The notes beneath the pieces are model-generated. The model was not told the origin of the DNA. It was given only the letters and a program-made list of their open reading frames with translations, and made no database searches. This document shows, one piece after another, positions 38,726 to 51,650 of a DNA stretch of 64,000 nt. Positions within the stretch are counted from its first letter, which is position 1, and every line of letters begins with the position of its first letter. The stretch is from Octopus sinensis (lineage: Eukaryota), in NCBI RefSeq assembly GCF_006345805.1, contig NC_043000.1:31496001-31560000 (forward strand). Reading direction: 5' to 3'. A program made the translations under genes and the position numbers.

Positions 38726-39107
38726 AAAAAGGATGTGTGTGTATGTGTGCGTATATATATAATGTACAAGCCAGAGTAAGCACATAAACGTGAAACAAAG
38801 TGAGAAAAGATAGTACTCGAATACGGAGGTAGAGTAATGTGCTTTATTAGTTAAGCTGCAAAACATCACAAAACTCTGCTACTCAGTTTCCGTTCGTCTG
38901 GAACGTGAAACTCTGAGTAGCAGTTTTTAGTGGTGTTTTCGCAGCTTTAATAATAAAGTGTATATATGTATATACCAAATAATAATAATAAGATAAAGAA
39001 AGTTCTTTAACACCTCTTTAATAATTCGTTGCAATTGTTACTGTACCAACTCTGCTTGCAACGCCAGGTTACGCAGACATTCGAATATGTATGTATACAT
39101 ATATATA

Positions 39108-39155
<48 letters not shown>

Positions 39156-40084
39156 CGTGTGTGTGTGTGTGTGTGTGTGGTGTGTGAATGTATATATATG
39201 TATATGTATAAATATATATATATAGATGTGTGTGTATATGTATGTATGTATTTATATATGTGTATATGTATATGTATATATGTATATATATGTATATGTA
39301 TATATATATATGTATATATGTATATGTATATATATGTATATATGTATATATATATATATATATATATGTACATATATATGTATATATATGTATGTAGATA
39401 TAGTTACATATATACACGCACATACACACGCAACATATGTGTGTAGCATGATTAAGCACCCAGCTTTATAGTTCTAAATTTGTTTACTGTAGACATAAAT
39501 GTGTATTTATATGCATAGATATGTATTTATTGTTTCATTTCATATTCTTATTTGGAATTGGACCGAAACCATGCAGCAGGAGCTGTCGATAATGACTTGT
39601 GTACTGTTCAGGTTCTGGTTCATGTGTGTGTTTGTATGTGGGTGTGTGTGCGCGTGTGTCTGTGGTGGAACGTGTGTGTATGTATCTATGTATGTGTGGA
39701 AGTTTACACGCCTATATCTATCTATCTAGCTAGCTAGCTATCTGTGTGTGTGTGTGTGTGTGTGTGTGCAGCACGATGCTCATATGATATGCACGCCCAT
39801 AAAACGATAAGAGTTCACCTATATCTGACTTGCATATCTCTATTTGTATACAGGAATTTTTCATAGATTTTTTTCTAGAGGAAATATAGAAAGCCAAACT
39901 TTTCCTCATATACTAATATGCACTAGTATTCACACAAACACACTTATGCACACAATCATATACACGCATACATGGAATCTATAATTCACGAGAAGTTGTT
40001 TTCTGATACGAGATCATCTCAGGGTGTATGTGATAATTGAATATAAATACGATATTAATATAAATATCATATTTATATATCACA

Positions 40085-42005
40085 CATTTTCACAGACACT
40101 CCGTTACACGCATGCAACGTGTTGAACTCCACCTCCGTCACTAATGATGACGTCATAATGTCTGTTCCACAGCACACTGAAATACCGGAACCAACATTCC
40201 TGGAAGTGGTAAACTCTATAAAACTGATCTCTTCTGGTAAAGCGCCTGTCATTCTTGAAATCTTCAAGCATGGTGGACAGAAGCTTTTTAAGAAACTGCA
40301 TGACCTCTTCATAAACATCTAGAAGGTAGGCCGTGTGCCACAGGACTTCAAGGATGCTTCAATTCAACATCTTTATAAGAACAAAGGCAACAGAAGTGTC
40401 TGTGATAATTATTGTGGAATATCGCTTCTGTCTATTGCTGGTAAGATTCTTGCTCGACTCATTCTTGACAAGATCATCAAACACGTTGTAAATGATATCT
40501 ATCCAGAATCACAATGCGGATTTCGCCCTGGTCGTGGCGCTATCGACATGATCTTTTCCTTTCCTCAGGTCATGGAGAAGGCACGTGAAAGAAATCAAGA
40601 GCTGTTCATCGTTGATTTTACTAAAGCCTTCGACACTGTTAACCGACAAACACTCTGGAAAGTTCTGAAAAAGCTTGGGAATACCTGACAAGATGTTGAA
40701 TGTTATCATCTACTTTCATGGGGGAATGAAGGCTGCTGTCGTGTCCGGTGGGGAATTTTCGGCTTCCTTTGACGTTACAAATGTCACAAAGCAAAGTTGT
40801 ATTATGTCCCCTGTTTTGTTTGCACTCTTCTTTTCAGTGATGCTGAGGTATGCTTTTGGCGACATACAAAATGGTGTCAAATTCCTGTTCCGAACAAGGG
40901 GTAGACTATTCAATCATCAGCGTGTTTCAAGCCAGAACACTACTACGCACCAGTATCATTCGTGATCTACTTTTTGCAGATGCTGCTGCACTAGTAGCAA
41001 CTTCTGTAGAGGAAGCTCAGACACCTCTGGACCGTTTTTCTGCTGCATGTAAGGTCTTTTGGTTTGACCATCAGCATAAAGAAGACGGAAATAATCCACC
41101 TACCTTTGCCCTACTCCAAAACAAATTCGTGGTGTCAAGCAGAGGCCACCGGTTCACAATTTTCCTGACATTCCTATGCAGGTTAATTGGAAAAGCCTAA
41201 ATTATGTGAAGTCATTTACATATCTTGGTAGTAAAGGGAATTCGAGCTCTTCCGTTGATGATTAAATCGTCAACCGTTTTACAAGGGCAACCAACGCATT
41301 TGACCAACTCCGTCATCGCCTGTGGAATGAAAGGGGCCTCTAACTTGACGCCAAAGTACAGGTCTATAAAGTTGCCATTCTTACTACTCTCTTGTATGGC
41401 TCAGAATCGTGGATACCCTATAGACGACACATCGATCAATTAGACATCTCCCGAAAAGGCTGTCACTAAAAGACAGAGTTTCCAATGCCGACCTGTTTAG
41501 CAAGTGTGAGATTGGTGGAATCGAGAGCTTCCTTATGCAGTCACAATTGTGCTAGGCTGGCCATGTCGGCAGAATGAGTGACGAAAGAATACCCAAAGTC
41601 CTCATGTACATCCAGCTTGAGAGTGAGCACAAGAATGTTGGTCAACCATTGCTCAGATATAAGGACAAGCTGAGGAGTAACCTCTGAGTGATGAATTTAG
41701 CTCACAAAAAATTTGAGCGAACAGCCTTGGAACGAACAAAATGGAGATCGTTGTGTCAAAATGGCATTGATAACTTTAACTTTGTTGCAACCAGCATTAA
41801 CAGGCTTCGGGATGCAAGGCAAAGGAGAAAAGCGGCAGCAAGTTTACCCCATGCACTGACCTGTAATCCTCATACTTGCAACATCTGTGGCCTTCTTTGC
41901 AAATCGTTGGCGGGACTTAAATGTGACATTCAACATAAGCATTATGACTGACAAAGAAAGAGTACGTTGTCGGAGCCTCATACGTCGAAACCAACAGGAG
42001 GGTAC
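40085..42005 (+). mobile_element. RTE-clade (BovB-like) LINE, 5'-truncated, RT domain with stops and frameshifts
   Basis: SGKAP, YKNKGNRSVCDNYCGISLLSIAGKILAR, PESQCGFRPGRG, DFTKAFDTVNR, LLFAD, and C-terminal CNICGLLCKSLAGL. Confidence 0.95.
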
Positions 42006-42287
42006 ATCATATATATATATATATATATATATACCACACATACATATATATGCACATAGTATATATACACACAGATAAATATGATATATCCATCCAAATG
42101 CGTATTACTGAATTTGACCGCAGACGTTTAGATTGCTGCTCTGAACTGTGGTCACCACACAGCGTAAGATTGACGACTGAACTGGAAGTGTGTGTGATTA
42201 TAAAATATCCCGGAAACAGCTGTAAGACCTATTTATAAATGTTCTGAAATCTTTAAAGCCTTGGATGATTTTTATCTCATTCTGTTA

Positions 42288-42347
<60 letters not shown>

Positions 42348-42387
42348 CTGTGTGTATGTGTAGCTATATATACTCACAGAACATAAG

Positions 42388-42435
<48 letters not shown>

Positions 42436-42830
42436 TCATACATACATATACACACATACATACACACACATATGTATATGAACACAGTTCTAATTTAACA
42501 ATCAGCTCGTCTGGTGTAACCTAACAAGTAACAGTAAGAACTATTTTTATTCTTTATTCTTTATTGATTTGTTAGACGTCAGACAATAATCACTACACAA
42601 CACCGCTGATAACCGATATCGCTATAGCAGATAATCAACGTATCACATTCGTGGAGCTTTTAGACAGATTATCACACTTTTGTCAGTAATTACGACAGCT
42701 TTACTTTTATTATTGTAGGATATCAGGCAGGTAATGTAATATCACTCGAGTAACTAATAGTTTTGTGTGGTTCCCATCAACGTGTCATCATCGTGAATTA
42801 TGTCTGATACATCAGCCCAATTTTCTAAAG

Positions 42831-42883
<53 letters not shown>

Positions 42884-43196
42884 TTGTTGCCTTGGTTTTG
42901 ACACCTCATCATCACCAGCATCACTGCCATGATCATCTTCATTATCAAACCATCGTCTCGAACGTCACCGTCGTTGTCATCATCATCATCATCATCATTA
43001 CTTACAGCATAATCCTCTTTATCATCATCATCATCATCATCCTGACCATCTGCAGCGTTGTCATTATTATCATCAAAATCATCATTGTCGCCATCACCGT
43101 CTCTCTTATTATACTCGTCCTCGTAGTCTCTATTCTCGTCACAAACGTTATATTCTTGCTTGATTCCATCCATATACAGCCATAAGCTAATTCTTT

Positions 43197-43618
43197 AATA
43201 CCTATTTCTTTACTACCCACAAGGGGCTAAACACAGAGAGGACAAACAAGGACAGACATAGGTATTAAGTCGATTACATCGACCCCAGTGCGTAACTGGT
43301 ACTTAATTTATCGACCCCGAAAGGATGAAAGGCAAAGTCGACCTCGGCGGAATTTGAACTCACAACGTAACGCAGACGAAATACCTATATTTCTTTATTA
43401 CCCACAAGGGGCTAAACACAGAGGGGACAAACAAGGACAGACATAGGTATTAAGTCGATTACATCGACCCCAATGCGTAACTGGTACTTATTTAATCGAC
43501 CCCGAAAGGATGAAAGGCAAAGTCGACCTCGGCGGAATTTGAACTCACAACGTAACGCAGACGAAATACCGCTAAGCATTTCGCCCGGCGTGCTAACGTT
43601 TCTGCCAGCTCGCCGCCT
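43197..43618 (-). mobile_element. SINE family 1 with a tandem ~185-bp duplication of its 3' part
   Basis: CCCACAAGGGGCTAAACACAG..CGCAGACGAAATACC occurs twice, near-identical. Confidence 0.9.
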
Positions 43619-43659
43619 AATTCTTTAAAATCGCAAAGAACTGTAAACGCTACTGCTCG

Positions 43660-43692
<33 letters not shown>

Positions 43693-44029
43693 CTCTCTTC
43701 TCCACCCCCAATAAAAATATTTTTTTTACTTTCCTATTTCCTTGCTGTATGCAAGGATATAAATACATATAAATCTATGCGTGCAAGTCTGTCTGTGTGT
43801 ATGTGCTTGAGTCGTCTCACAGGATCAACCATCACTCGGGGATTAACCGGCTTTCCATTGCACTTAAAACACCCGTTGGATTTTTTCACAATTGATATCT
43901 GATGACAATAGTGTACAGAATCAGTCGATCGTTCAAATAACCTCCTTTTCATAAGAGATCGTGCTTCTACGTTGTTGCCTGACCTCCCTAAAAAAAAAAA
44001 GAAATAGACGGTACATAAGATAACTTAGA

Positions 44030-44423
44030 CAAACTGACTGATAGGTGACGGTCGTTTAGAGTATGAGCGGGCTAAGACTACGCGCCTTCACTAGTCAGTT
44101 AAGGTGAGACAGTGTCACGTGACAACTTGCTGGGGCTGCCTGCTGGAGCCTAGCAGCAGGTATTTAAAGGGAAAAATTTGACAAGTCAATCAGTCACCGG
44201 CTGACACTCACTGACGATACATCGAAGAGGCCAGGGAACAGAAGAAAGAAGACATGCGCCCAACACCAGAGCTGAAGACACCGCCGAAAGTGGGGGGACG
44301 TCAAAACGGTAGAGGAGTAGGGGCCGAAACCGGACGTGGTTCCTCCTGATGATGTCTTGAGCTATCTGGATCCTATAAAGGAGGTGTTGTGGTAGAAGAC
44401 CACGAAACACGGTTGTAATTCCT
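44030..44423 (+). mobile_element. Non-coding repeat family A, copy 2
   Basis: Aligns to 11550-11947. Confidence 0.8.
44298..44358 (+). ncRNA. Permuted hammerhead ribozyme candidate, family A copy 2 (GUA site after 44311)
   Basis: 60 of 61 nt identical to 11820-11880; the single change (44338) lies outside the core P1 and P3 pairs. Confidence 0.7.
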
Positions 44424-44624
44424 GGAAAATTGACGAGCTGAAGAAAACAGCACAAGAACAAAATAAACAAACAAAGGCCATCAAATGCAGTCAGAACAGC
44501 TGGAACTGTCAATTCGGTGTGGGCTTTCACAGCCATAGATGTTGCTCTGCTAACAAAGCTGATGCATCACTTTCTCGACAGATATCCATGATCTCGCGAG
44601 ACTAATGTGTGAGTATATACTCTT

Positions 44625-45040
44625 TACTCTTTTACTCTTTTACTTGTTTCAGTCATTTGACTGCGGCCATGCTGGAGCACCGCCTTTAGTCGAGCAAATC
44701 GACCCCGGGACTTATTCTTTGTAAGCCCAGTACTTATTCTATCGGTCTCTTTTGCCGAACCGCTAAGTTACGGGGACGTAAACACACCAGCATCGGTTGT
44801 CAAGCAATGCTAGGGGGACAAACACAGACACACAAACATATACACACACACTTATATATATATATACATATATACGACAGACTTCTTTCAGTTTCCGTCT
44901 ACCAAATCCACTCACAAGGCATTGGTCGGCCCGGGGCTATAGCAGAAGACACTTGCCCAAGATGTCACGCAGTGGGACTGAACCCGGAACCATGTGGTTG
45001 GTTAGCAAGCTACTTACCACACAGCAACTCCTGCGCCTAT
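44625..45040 (-). mobile_element. SINE family 2, full length
   Basis: Head, CORE-like body, microsatellite spacer and (AGAGTAAA)n tail. Confidence 0.9.
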
Positions 45041-45169
45041 ATGTATATACATACAACAAAAATGGGGTGAAATCTACAAAAACGTTAAAACAACTGTATT
45101 CTTAAATATTTTTTTTTAATTAAATGGCAAAAACAAATGTATCTCATTTACACGTATTAAAACTTATTA

Positions 45170-45500
45170 TCGTAGATTCCAACCTGTTTTCTATCTGAAA
45201 AGTAATCACTGTAATGAGAATATGGAGACATGTGAAATTGTTGCTGGTGGATGGGGATAAAGGTATCAAAATACTCGGCAAGGAGTGTTCAGTAAAGAAA
45301 GTTTTTAAACAATAGACTGACCTCGGGAGGTTGACGGACAGAAACAGTAATGAGAATCAGAAAGGGTGGGGAAGTTTTGCACTTCAGTGTGTTGTGGGTG
45401 AAAGAAAGATGAAGATATCAGCGTATAAGGTAAGGAGTGGTTAACTGAATTTTGGATCCGATGACGTCATAAATATTGAAGTACTTAATGTGGCCATCTA
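45170..45500 (-). mobile_element. Penelope-like RT fragment
   Basis: HLSFTH..PFL..VS..YFD..H..SPYS resembles the PLE H..KFT....PFLD..Y.....HP...IPYS motifs. Confidence 0.45.
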
Positions 45501-46689
45501 ATGCAAAATAGAAAGAAGGATATACAAATAACTAGAAAGATTAATAGGCGGAATATCTTGTAACAGTTTATGTTGCTCACCAGATTGTGTCTCGAAATTT
45601 GCGTGTGAGAACGTGAAAAGGAAAACTCCCTAACGGATATTAATTTGCCTTATCGACAAACAGCTCGAGTGACACACTAGGTTCTATTGAAATGATATTA
45701 TCTCCTTCAAATATATGGCTTTTCTGTTAATGTTCGTGTGACACAAAATATAGAAATACCGCAATGGACCGGCGTCTCACTTATACGCCATGGAAACCGA
45801 ATGACTAGTTCTTGGACTTGAGGCAGTGATATGCAGAGATTGACAATAACGATGGTGATGAACACGGTTGGAATGCCTTTGTTCATGAGTTTACTCGATC
45901 GGGACTGACCCTGGGTTAAACAAAATTAAAAACCGCCACCACCACTAATTCTGTTGCTTCAACACAAACAACTACGACGTTAGAAACTGTATTATTGGCA
46001 TAAAACGTTAAGATTTTAGGAGCAGAATTCCACGATTTATACCATTCCCCAAAGTATTTTAATAAAAAATAGATGAAGCTTCTTTCCTGGTTGGTTCGTA
46101 AATAAGGTTCGTTTGTAGATAAAACCACTTACAACAGCTGTTCATGTAATGATTTTTTATTTGAAACACCAGGCTGTGTACCTTGTGATTATTGATGGGA
46201 GAGACAAGGAAGTGGAATATCTCTTCCTCGCCAAACAACATTAGTTAATGGCGTCCATTAAATTGACACCAGTCTGTTACCAATGACTATTTAATCGATT
46301 CTGGAGGCTTTAAATGCAAAATTGTAGGATTCCAAAGCAAATACATAAATTATCTATGACCTAGGTTGGTGTGTGGTCCTATCCAATGAAATCAAGACCA
46401 CTCCTAGCAGCTGTGAATAAAATATAGGGTTCGAACTTATGGCAAATATCACTTGATATATTCTAATGCTTCCGCAACAAAAACGGTCACAATTGCTTTA
46501 TTAGGTTATGGATGGCTGCGCGGTTCTATTACGAACCTCTTGGTACAGGGTTTGATCCTCCTGTGTGGCACTTTGAGCATCAGACTTTTACTACAGCCTC
46601 CGAGTAACAAATAACTTGAGGTTAAGTATATGTATGTATATATGTATATAAATATAAAAATGGAACAAAAACGCAATAGAGGGCATTAA

Positions 46690-46915
46690 AACGTTCGGAC
46701 AGATAGACGACACATAGGCGAACAAGAGAAACAACATTTAGACAGGCAAAAAAGACGGGTCATTCTTAGCTTCTTTTCTTCAGTCAAGTACCAGAAGTCA
46801 TGACTATTTCGGACAGAGGGTTCGATCTGGTTGTCCCCCAAAAAGTCTAAGCTAAGAGCATTAGACCCCTTTGTAAGAAAGTTGGCGAATGTATACGGCA
46901 ACAAAGACAAGAAAA
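46690..46915 (-). mobile_element. Family B-related repeat (C), ribozyme partly deleted
   Basis: Shares TCTTCAGTCAAG, ATTTCGG and CTAAG..GAGCATTAG with 12060-12170. Confidence 0.6.
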
Positions 46916-47039
46916 CAAACAAAAAATCAATATATATATATATATATATAGTACTCTCAAAGCCACTCCCCAGATGACGTGCAAGTTCACAGTTATTGCT
47001 GGATGATGTTCATATAATATTCGTGTAACAATATGGAGT

Positions 47040-47265
47040 GAAGGCACCTGGGTTAGTGGTTAGGGTATTCCCGGCGGTGTGCTGTGTCCTTGAGCAAGAC
47101 ACTTATTTCACATTGCTCCGCTCCACTCAGAACTGCATCTATATTTCAAAGGGCCAGTCTTACTGAAAATTATGTAAAAGGTTCGCACGTTTTTGGAGTG
47201 CTCAGGCTGTTCCGTTGATCAGATCAAGTGCCCACCCACCATCGTTAGAACCGACGGAGTTCCTA
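47040..47265 (+). mobile_element. Old SINE family 3-like copy (beta tail, deleted)
   Basis: TAGTGGTTAGGG head, TATTTCAAAGGGCCAG, GCTGTTCCGTTGATC..AACCGACGGAG. Confidence 0.6.
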
Positions 47266-47379
47266 TTATAATATGAAAACTCGGTAATTAAGAGCTGATG
47301 CTAGTGTACAGAAATATTTGGTCTAATTTGGATTGATGTAAGTAGGTGTAAACTGTTCTTTCTACACACACACACCAGG

Positions 47380-48248
47380 GCTAGTTCTGTAGCGCACCAA
47401 TAGATGGCAGCACACGGCTGTATGCGCAATGAGAGCTAGCAGTGACCTTCATGGAGCAGTGTGCCGAGTGACGTCGCTGTGTTTGCTTCGCAAGTTGTGA
47501 AATTTGTGTTTTTATGGTCATGTGTATGCTTTAGTCTGCGATTTTGTCATGGATGGGAAGTTGGAAGAAAGAACCAACATGAAATTTTGTATTAAACTTA
47601 GAAAGTCTGCTACAGAGACATTGAGCATGCTTCTACAAACTTGCAGCAATGAGGCAATGGTTCGGACGCAATGTTTTGAGTGGCATGAACACTTCAAAAG
47701 TGGAAGAACATCTCTGGAAGACGACGAGCGATCTGGAAGACCTGCCATGAGCATCACCTCCGGAAATGGGGGGAGAATTCATCAGATTTTGCATGAGGAT
47801 TGTCGGAGGACAAACAACGACGTTTTGAAGCGTTTAAGGGAGGAGATTCGGCGAAGAGATTTGTGGAGCGCGAAGAATTGGATTCTTCACGAGGACAATG
47901 CATTTTGTCACCGAGCTTTCCTCACGCGTGAGTTTCTTGTCAAAAACAACTTGGTGTCGTTTCCTTTACCCGCGCCCTATTCAGCAGATACGGCACCTGT
48001 GGACTTCCATCTCTTACCCACGATGAAAATGCAGCGCAAAGGTCGCCGCTTTAACACCGTTGTCGACATCAAGAGCAATTCGCAGAAGATCCTCGATTCG
48101 CTTACGGAAAACGACTTCTGGGCTGGATTCCAAAAGTAGCAGGAACGCTGAAACCGATGTATTACTGCGCAAGATGACCATTTCGAAGGAGATGATATTA
48201 AAACTTAGGTAAACATAACTAGTCCAAAAACTTTTTGATACCACCTCG
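47380..48248 (+). mobile_element. Mariner element, internally deleted; 3' TIR present
   Basis: 3' TIR TAGTCCAAAAACTTTTTGATACCACCTCG; transposase ORF inside; 5' TIR not seen. Confidence 0.9.
47504..48139 (+). CDS. Truncated mariner transposase ORF (HTH domain fused in frame to the C-terminal catalytic half)
   Basis: FCIKLRKSATET..FEWHEHFKSGRTSLEDDERSGRP, then LHEDNA..PYSADTAPVDFHL..LKGRRF-like; no WVPHEL motif and no first catalytic Asp. Confidence 0.8.
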   Translation: MCFYGHVYALVCDFVMDGKLEERTNMKFCIKLRKSATETLSMLLQTCSNEAMVRTQCFEWHEHFKSGRTSLEDDERSGRPAMSITSGNGGRIHQILHEDCRRTNNDVLKRLREEIRRRDLWSAKNWILHEDNAFCHRAFLTREFLVKNNLVSFPLPAPYSADTAPVDFHLLPTMKMQRKGRRFNTVVDIKSNSQKILDSLTENDFWAGFQK

Positions 48249-48621
48249 TGTGCGTGTATGTGTGTGCGTGTATGTGTGTGTGTATGTGTGTAAAATATTT
48301 GTATGCATGCATAATGTGCCTGTGTGCGTGATCATCCGTCTGACTCACCACTTCCGGTTAAAGGTTAAAAGCACATCAAAAAGTAGACTTGGTCAAAATA
48401 TAGATTCAACTCCAGGTTGAATTATTTACAATGAACGTCTTTGCTCTATTCTGCCATGAACTTTGAAGCGCTGACACGAGTTTGTCGTCATTGTATTTCA
48501 AGGCTTAAATCTAATAACCCAAATGGATCGAATGTAGATTTATGTATATTCCAAACCTTATAACCATTCCCACAGACATGTGTATTTTATATTTCTGAAC
48601 GTTATGAAATATTGTTCCACA

Positions 48622-49025
48622 TGAGTGGCTGTGTGGTAAGTAGCTTGCTTACCAACCACATGGTTCTGGGTTCAGTCCCACTGCGTGGCACCTTGGGCAA
48701 GTGTCTTCTACTATAGCCTCGGGCCGACCAAAGCCTTGTGAGTGAATTTGGTAGACGGAAACTGGAAGAAGCCCGTCGTATATATGTATATATATATATG
48801 TGTATGTGTGTGTATATGTTTGTGTGTCTGTGTCCTCCCCCCCAAATCGCTTGACAACAGATGCTGGTGTGTTTACTTAGCGGTTCGGCAAAATAGACCG
48901 ATAGAATAAGTACTAGGTTTACAAAGAATAAGTCCTGGGGTCGATTTGCTCGACTAAAAGGCGGTGCTCAAGTATGGCCGCAGTCAAATAACTGAAACAA
49001 GTAAAAGAGTAAAAAAGAGTAAAAG
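48622..49025 (+). mobile_element. SINE family 2, near full length
   Basis: GAGTGGCTGTGTGGTAAG..GGCACCTTGGGCAAGTGTC..TAAAAGAGTAAAA. Confidence 0.9.
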
Positions 49026-49609
49026 AATTTAATTCTCTTTAACTGCCGCTCACACTCTGTATCGTTCTTGTATGCATAAATGTTCTAGAATACCTAGAAG
49101 GTTTCAAGTTGTTTTATGAGTCCAAATAATCGAAAATTATAAATAAGAATGGTTTCCTCTCACAAGCGACTTCTTTTCGAATAAAAGTATTTCACTTCTG
49201 AAACAGATCTGATCACGAGAAGACCACCTCAGACCGAACTGATCGCTGGAAACCCAATAACTTACTGTATAAACAAAACAAGTATTTCTCAATATTTTAG
49301 ATCTACCCGTTTAGGTCGAATGCTCCTTTCATCGTTGACAACCATCCTTCCTCTTTCCCATTTCTCCCTCTTAACATATTTCTTATACTTTCACTCTGTT
49401 CCCTACCACTCCCCATCTCCCACTCTTCCTCAACATTGCATATGTAATATTATATCAAAAATTCTTCATTCTCATTCTGACGGTTCGACATATGAGACTA
49501 CGATAATGTACGAACCCAAACATTTTTCACCTTCAGCAGATATCTATACTCTCCTACTCTCAATATCGACTACTTTGTATTCGTTGTCGTTTGAACTTTA
49601 GTAAAAACA

Positions 49610-49611
<2 letters not shown>

Positions 49612-49706
<95 letters not shown>

Positions 49707-49711
49707 ATTAA

Positions 49712-49768
<57 letters not shown>

Positions 49769-49785
49769 CATCATCATCATTATCA
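49612..49785. repeat. (TTA)n-(TCA)n microsatellite
   Basis: Direct reading. Confidence 0.95.
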
Positions 49786-50037
49786 TTGTGCGATTGCAAT
49801 CGTTGTCAGAACGTCAAACTGTGCATCTTATATTACCACCTTACAATACGCTGTACATTTAATGCACATCTTTGCTTGAAGCAATATCCCCTTCATTATC
49901 TTCTTAGATTTCTATTTCTTAAACAACAAAAGCACTTTTCTTTCGCTCAAACTTCTTTTCTCTTTCATTTTTGTCTTTCCCAATTGCTTCCACATACGCA
50001 CACACACACACACACTATATATATATATATATATATA

Positions 50038-50179
50038 TAGGGAGAGTTTACGAAAAAGACGAAGACAGGTGGTGTAGAAAACAAACAGATGTATTAGTAT
50101 AACGCTCAGGAATAGAAAGTCTTTTACGTTTCGAGCCTACGCTCTTCTACAGAAAGGGACACTGAAATAAACAAGGAGA

Positions 50180-50182
<3 letters not shown>
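50038..50182 (-). mobile_element. Family F copy 3 (HHR-like motif 50121-50156)
   Basis: Minus: CUUU CUGUAGA A GAGC GUAG GCUC GAAAC GUA AAAG, with P1 fully paired. Confidence 0.8.
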
Positions 50183-50256
<74 letters not shown>

Positions 50257-50586
50257 CATGTGTGTTTGTCTGAGTGTATGTGTGTATTTATATGTATGTT
50301 GTCTGTATGAATATATGCTTGAAAAGAGAGGGGAAAGAGAACGTGAATGAGAGAATGAGACGGCGAGAAAGTGTGTGTGACTCACAGGCAGATACAGATA
50401 AAGCTCTCTGTAATATAATAAAGATGTATAGTCTAGATGAAACAGAGTAAATCATATTATAGAAAGTTGCTTCAATACATTTTGGAAGAATAACAGCGAG
50501 AAAGCAAGACGAAACAACCATCAAGGCGCTTAACTTTTATTTCAATATTTCGGGTTTATAAACATATTAACGATATAGAATAGGAT

Positions 50587-50965
50587 CACTCCGTCGGTTG
50601 CGACGATGAGGGTCCCAGCTGATACGATCAACGGAACAGCTTGCTCGTGATATTAACGTGCAAGTGGCTGAGCACTCCACAGACACGTGTACCCTTAACG
50701 TAGTTCTCGAGGAGATTCAGCGTGACACACAGAATGTGACAAGGCTGGCCCTTTGAAATACAGGTACAAGAGAAACAGGAAGAAAGTATGAGAGAAAGTT
50801 GTGGTGAAAGAGTACAGCAGGGTTCACCACCACCCCCTGCCGGAGCCTCGTGGAGCTTTAGGTGTTTTCGCTCAATAAACACTCACATTGCCCGGTCTGG
50901 GAATCGAAACCGCGATCCTCCGACCGCGAGTCCGCTGCCCTAACCACTGGGCCATTGCGCCTCCA
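50587..50965 (-). mobile_element. SINE family 3, tail type beta, full length
   Basis: Reverse complement aligns to 28948-29320. Confidence 0.9.
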
Positions 50966-51284
50966 TATTAACGATAGCAAATGGAGAATAAGCTAAGGTC
51001 TGACTTGTACACAAATGTTGAAATGGATGGTGGGATGCAGCATGCACAGGTTGACAGTGTCAAATACTATCACACATTATTTGTCTGTTGATTCATGGGT
51101 TTCATTTATCAAAACCCTTAATCGCTAGTTTATCAAAATTAAATAGGTGTTCATTAACATACATGCTCTGTATGAGCACGATGCATCACATATATCTTCA
51201 CGTCTATTACATGTATCAGATGCTGTGTAATACACCTTGTAAGCCTCTACACACATATGTTTCATAGCGATCGGAACCTCGGAT

Positions 51285-51650
51285 GTGGTAAACATCCAAG
51301 CGAGGTATATACTGCAGGCAACTCTTCAAGCCAAGGGTATTTTGATGAAATTCGAGTTTGCTCTTAATGTGCAAACTCGAGTAACCAAAATCTTCTACTC
51401 CCTACTCGATAAGCATTTTCTTAAATCCAGCCCCTTTAGAAAAATATCTGCCCCCCAATCTATAAAATTATCTTACTCCACCAATATTGCCGAAATAATC
51501 CGACATTTTAACAATAAGAAACTCAGAAATCCACAACCAGCTAACCCCTATCCTAATAACGTAACTCAACTTAACCTCCAGCTCCATACATATAAATCCA
51601 GAACATCAAATAACTTCCTTACAAACGACGGGGAGGTGGAGTTCTAAATT
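51285..51650 (+). mobile_element. Penelope-like fragment (RT-EN linker)
   Basis: FALNVQTRVTKIFYSLLDKHFLKSSPFRKI..SIKLSYS.NIAEII..NNKKL matches the PLE F..NV.T...F..L.DKHFP...KI....KLSYS motif. Confidence 0.7.

Noticed and set aside
42754-43185. Asp-rich / Ile-rich ORFs
   Set aside because: Degenerate (CAT)n trinucleotide array with no splice or codon evidence.
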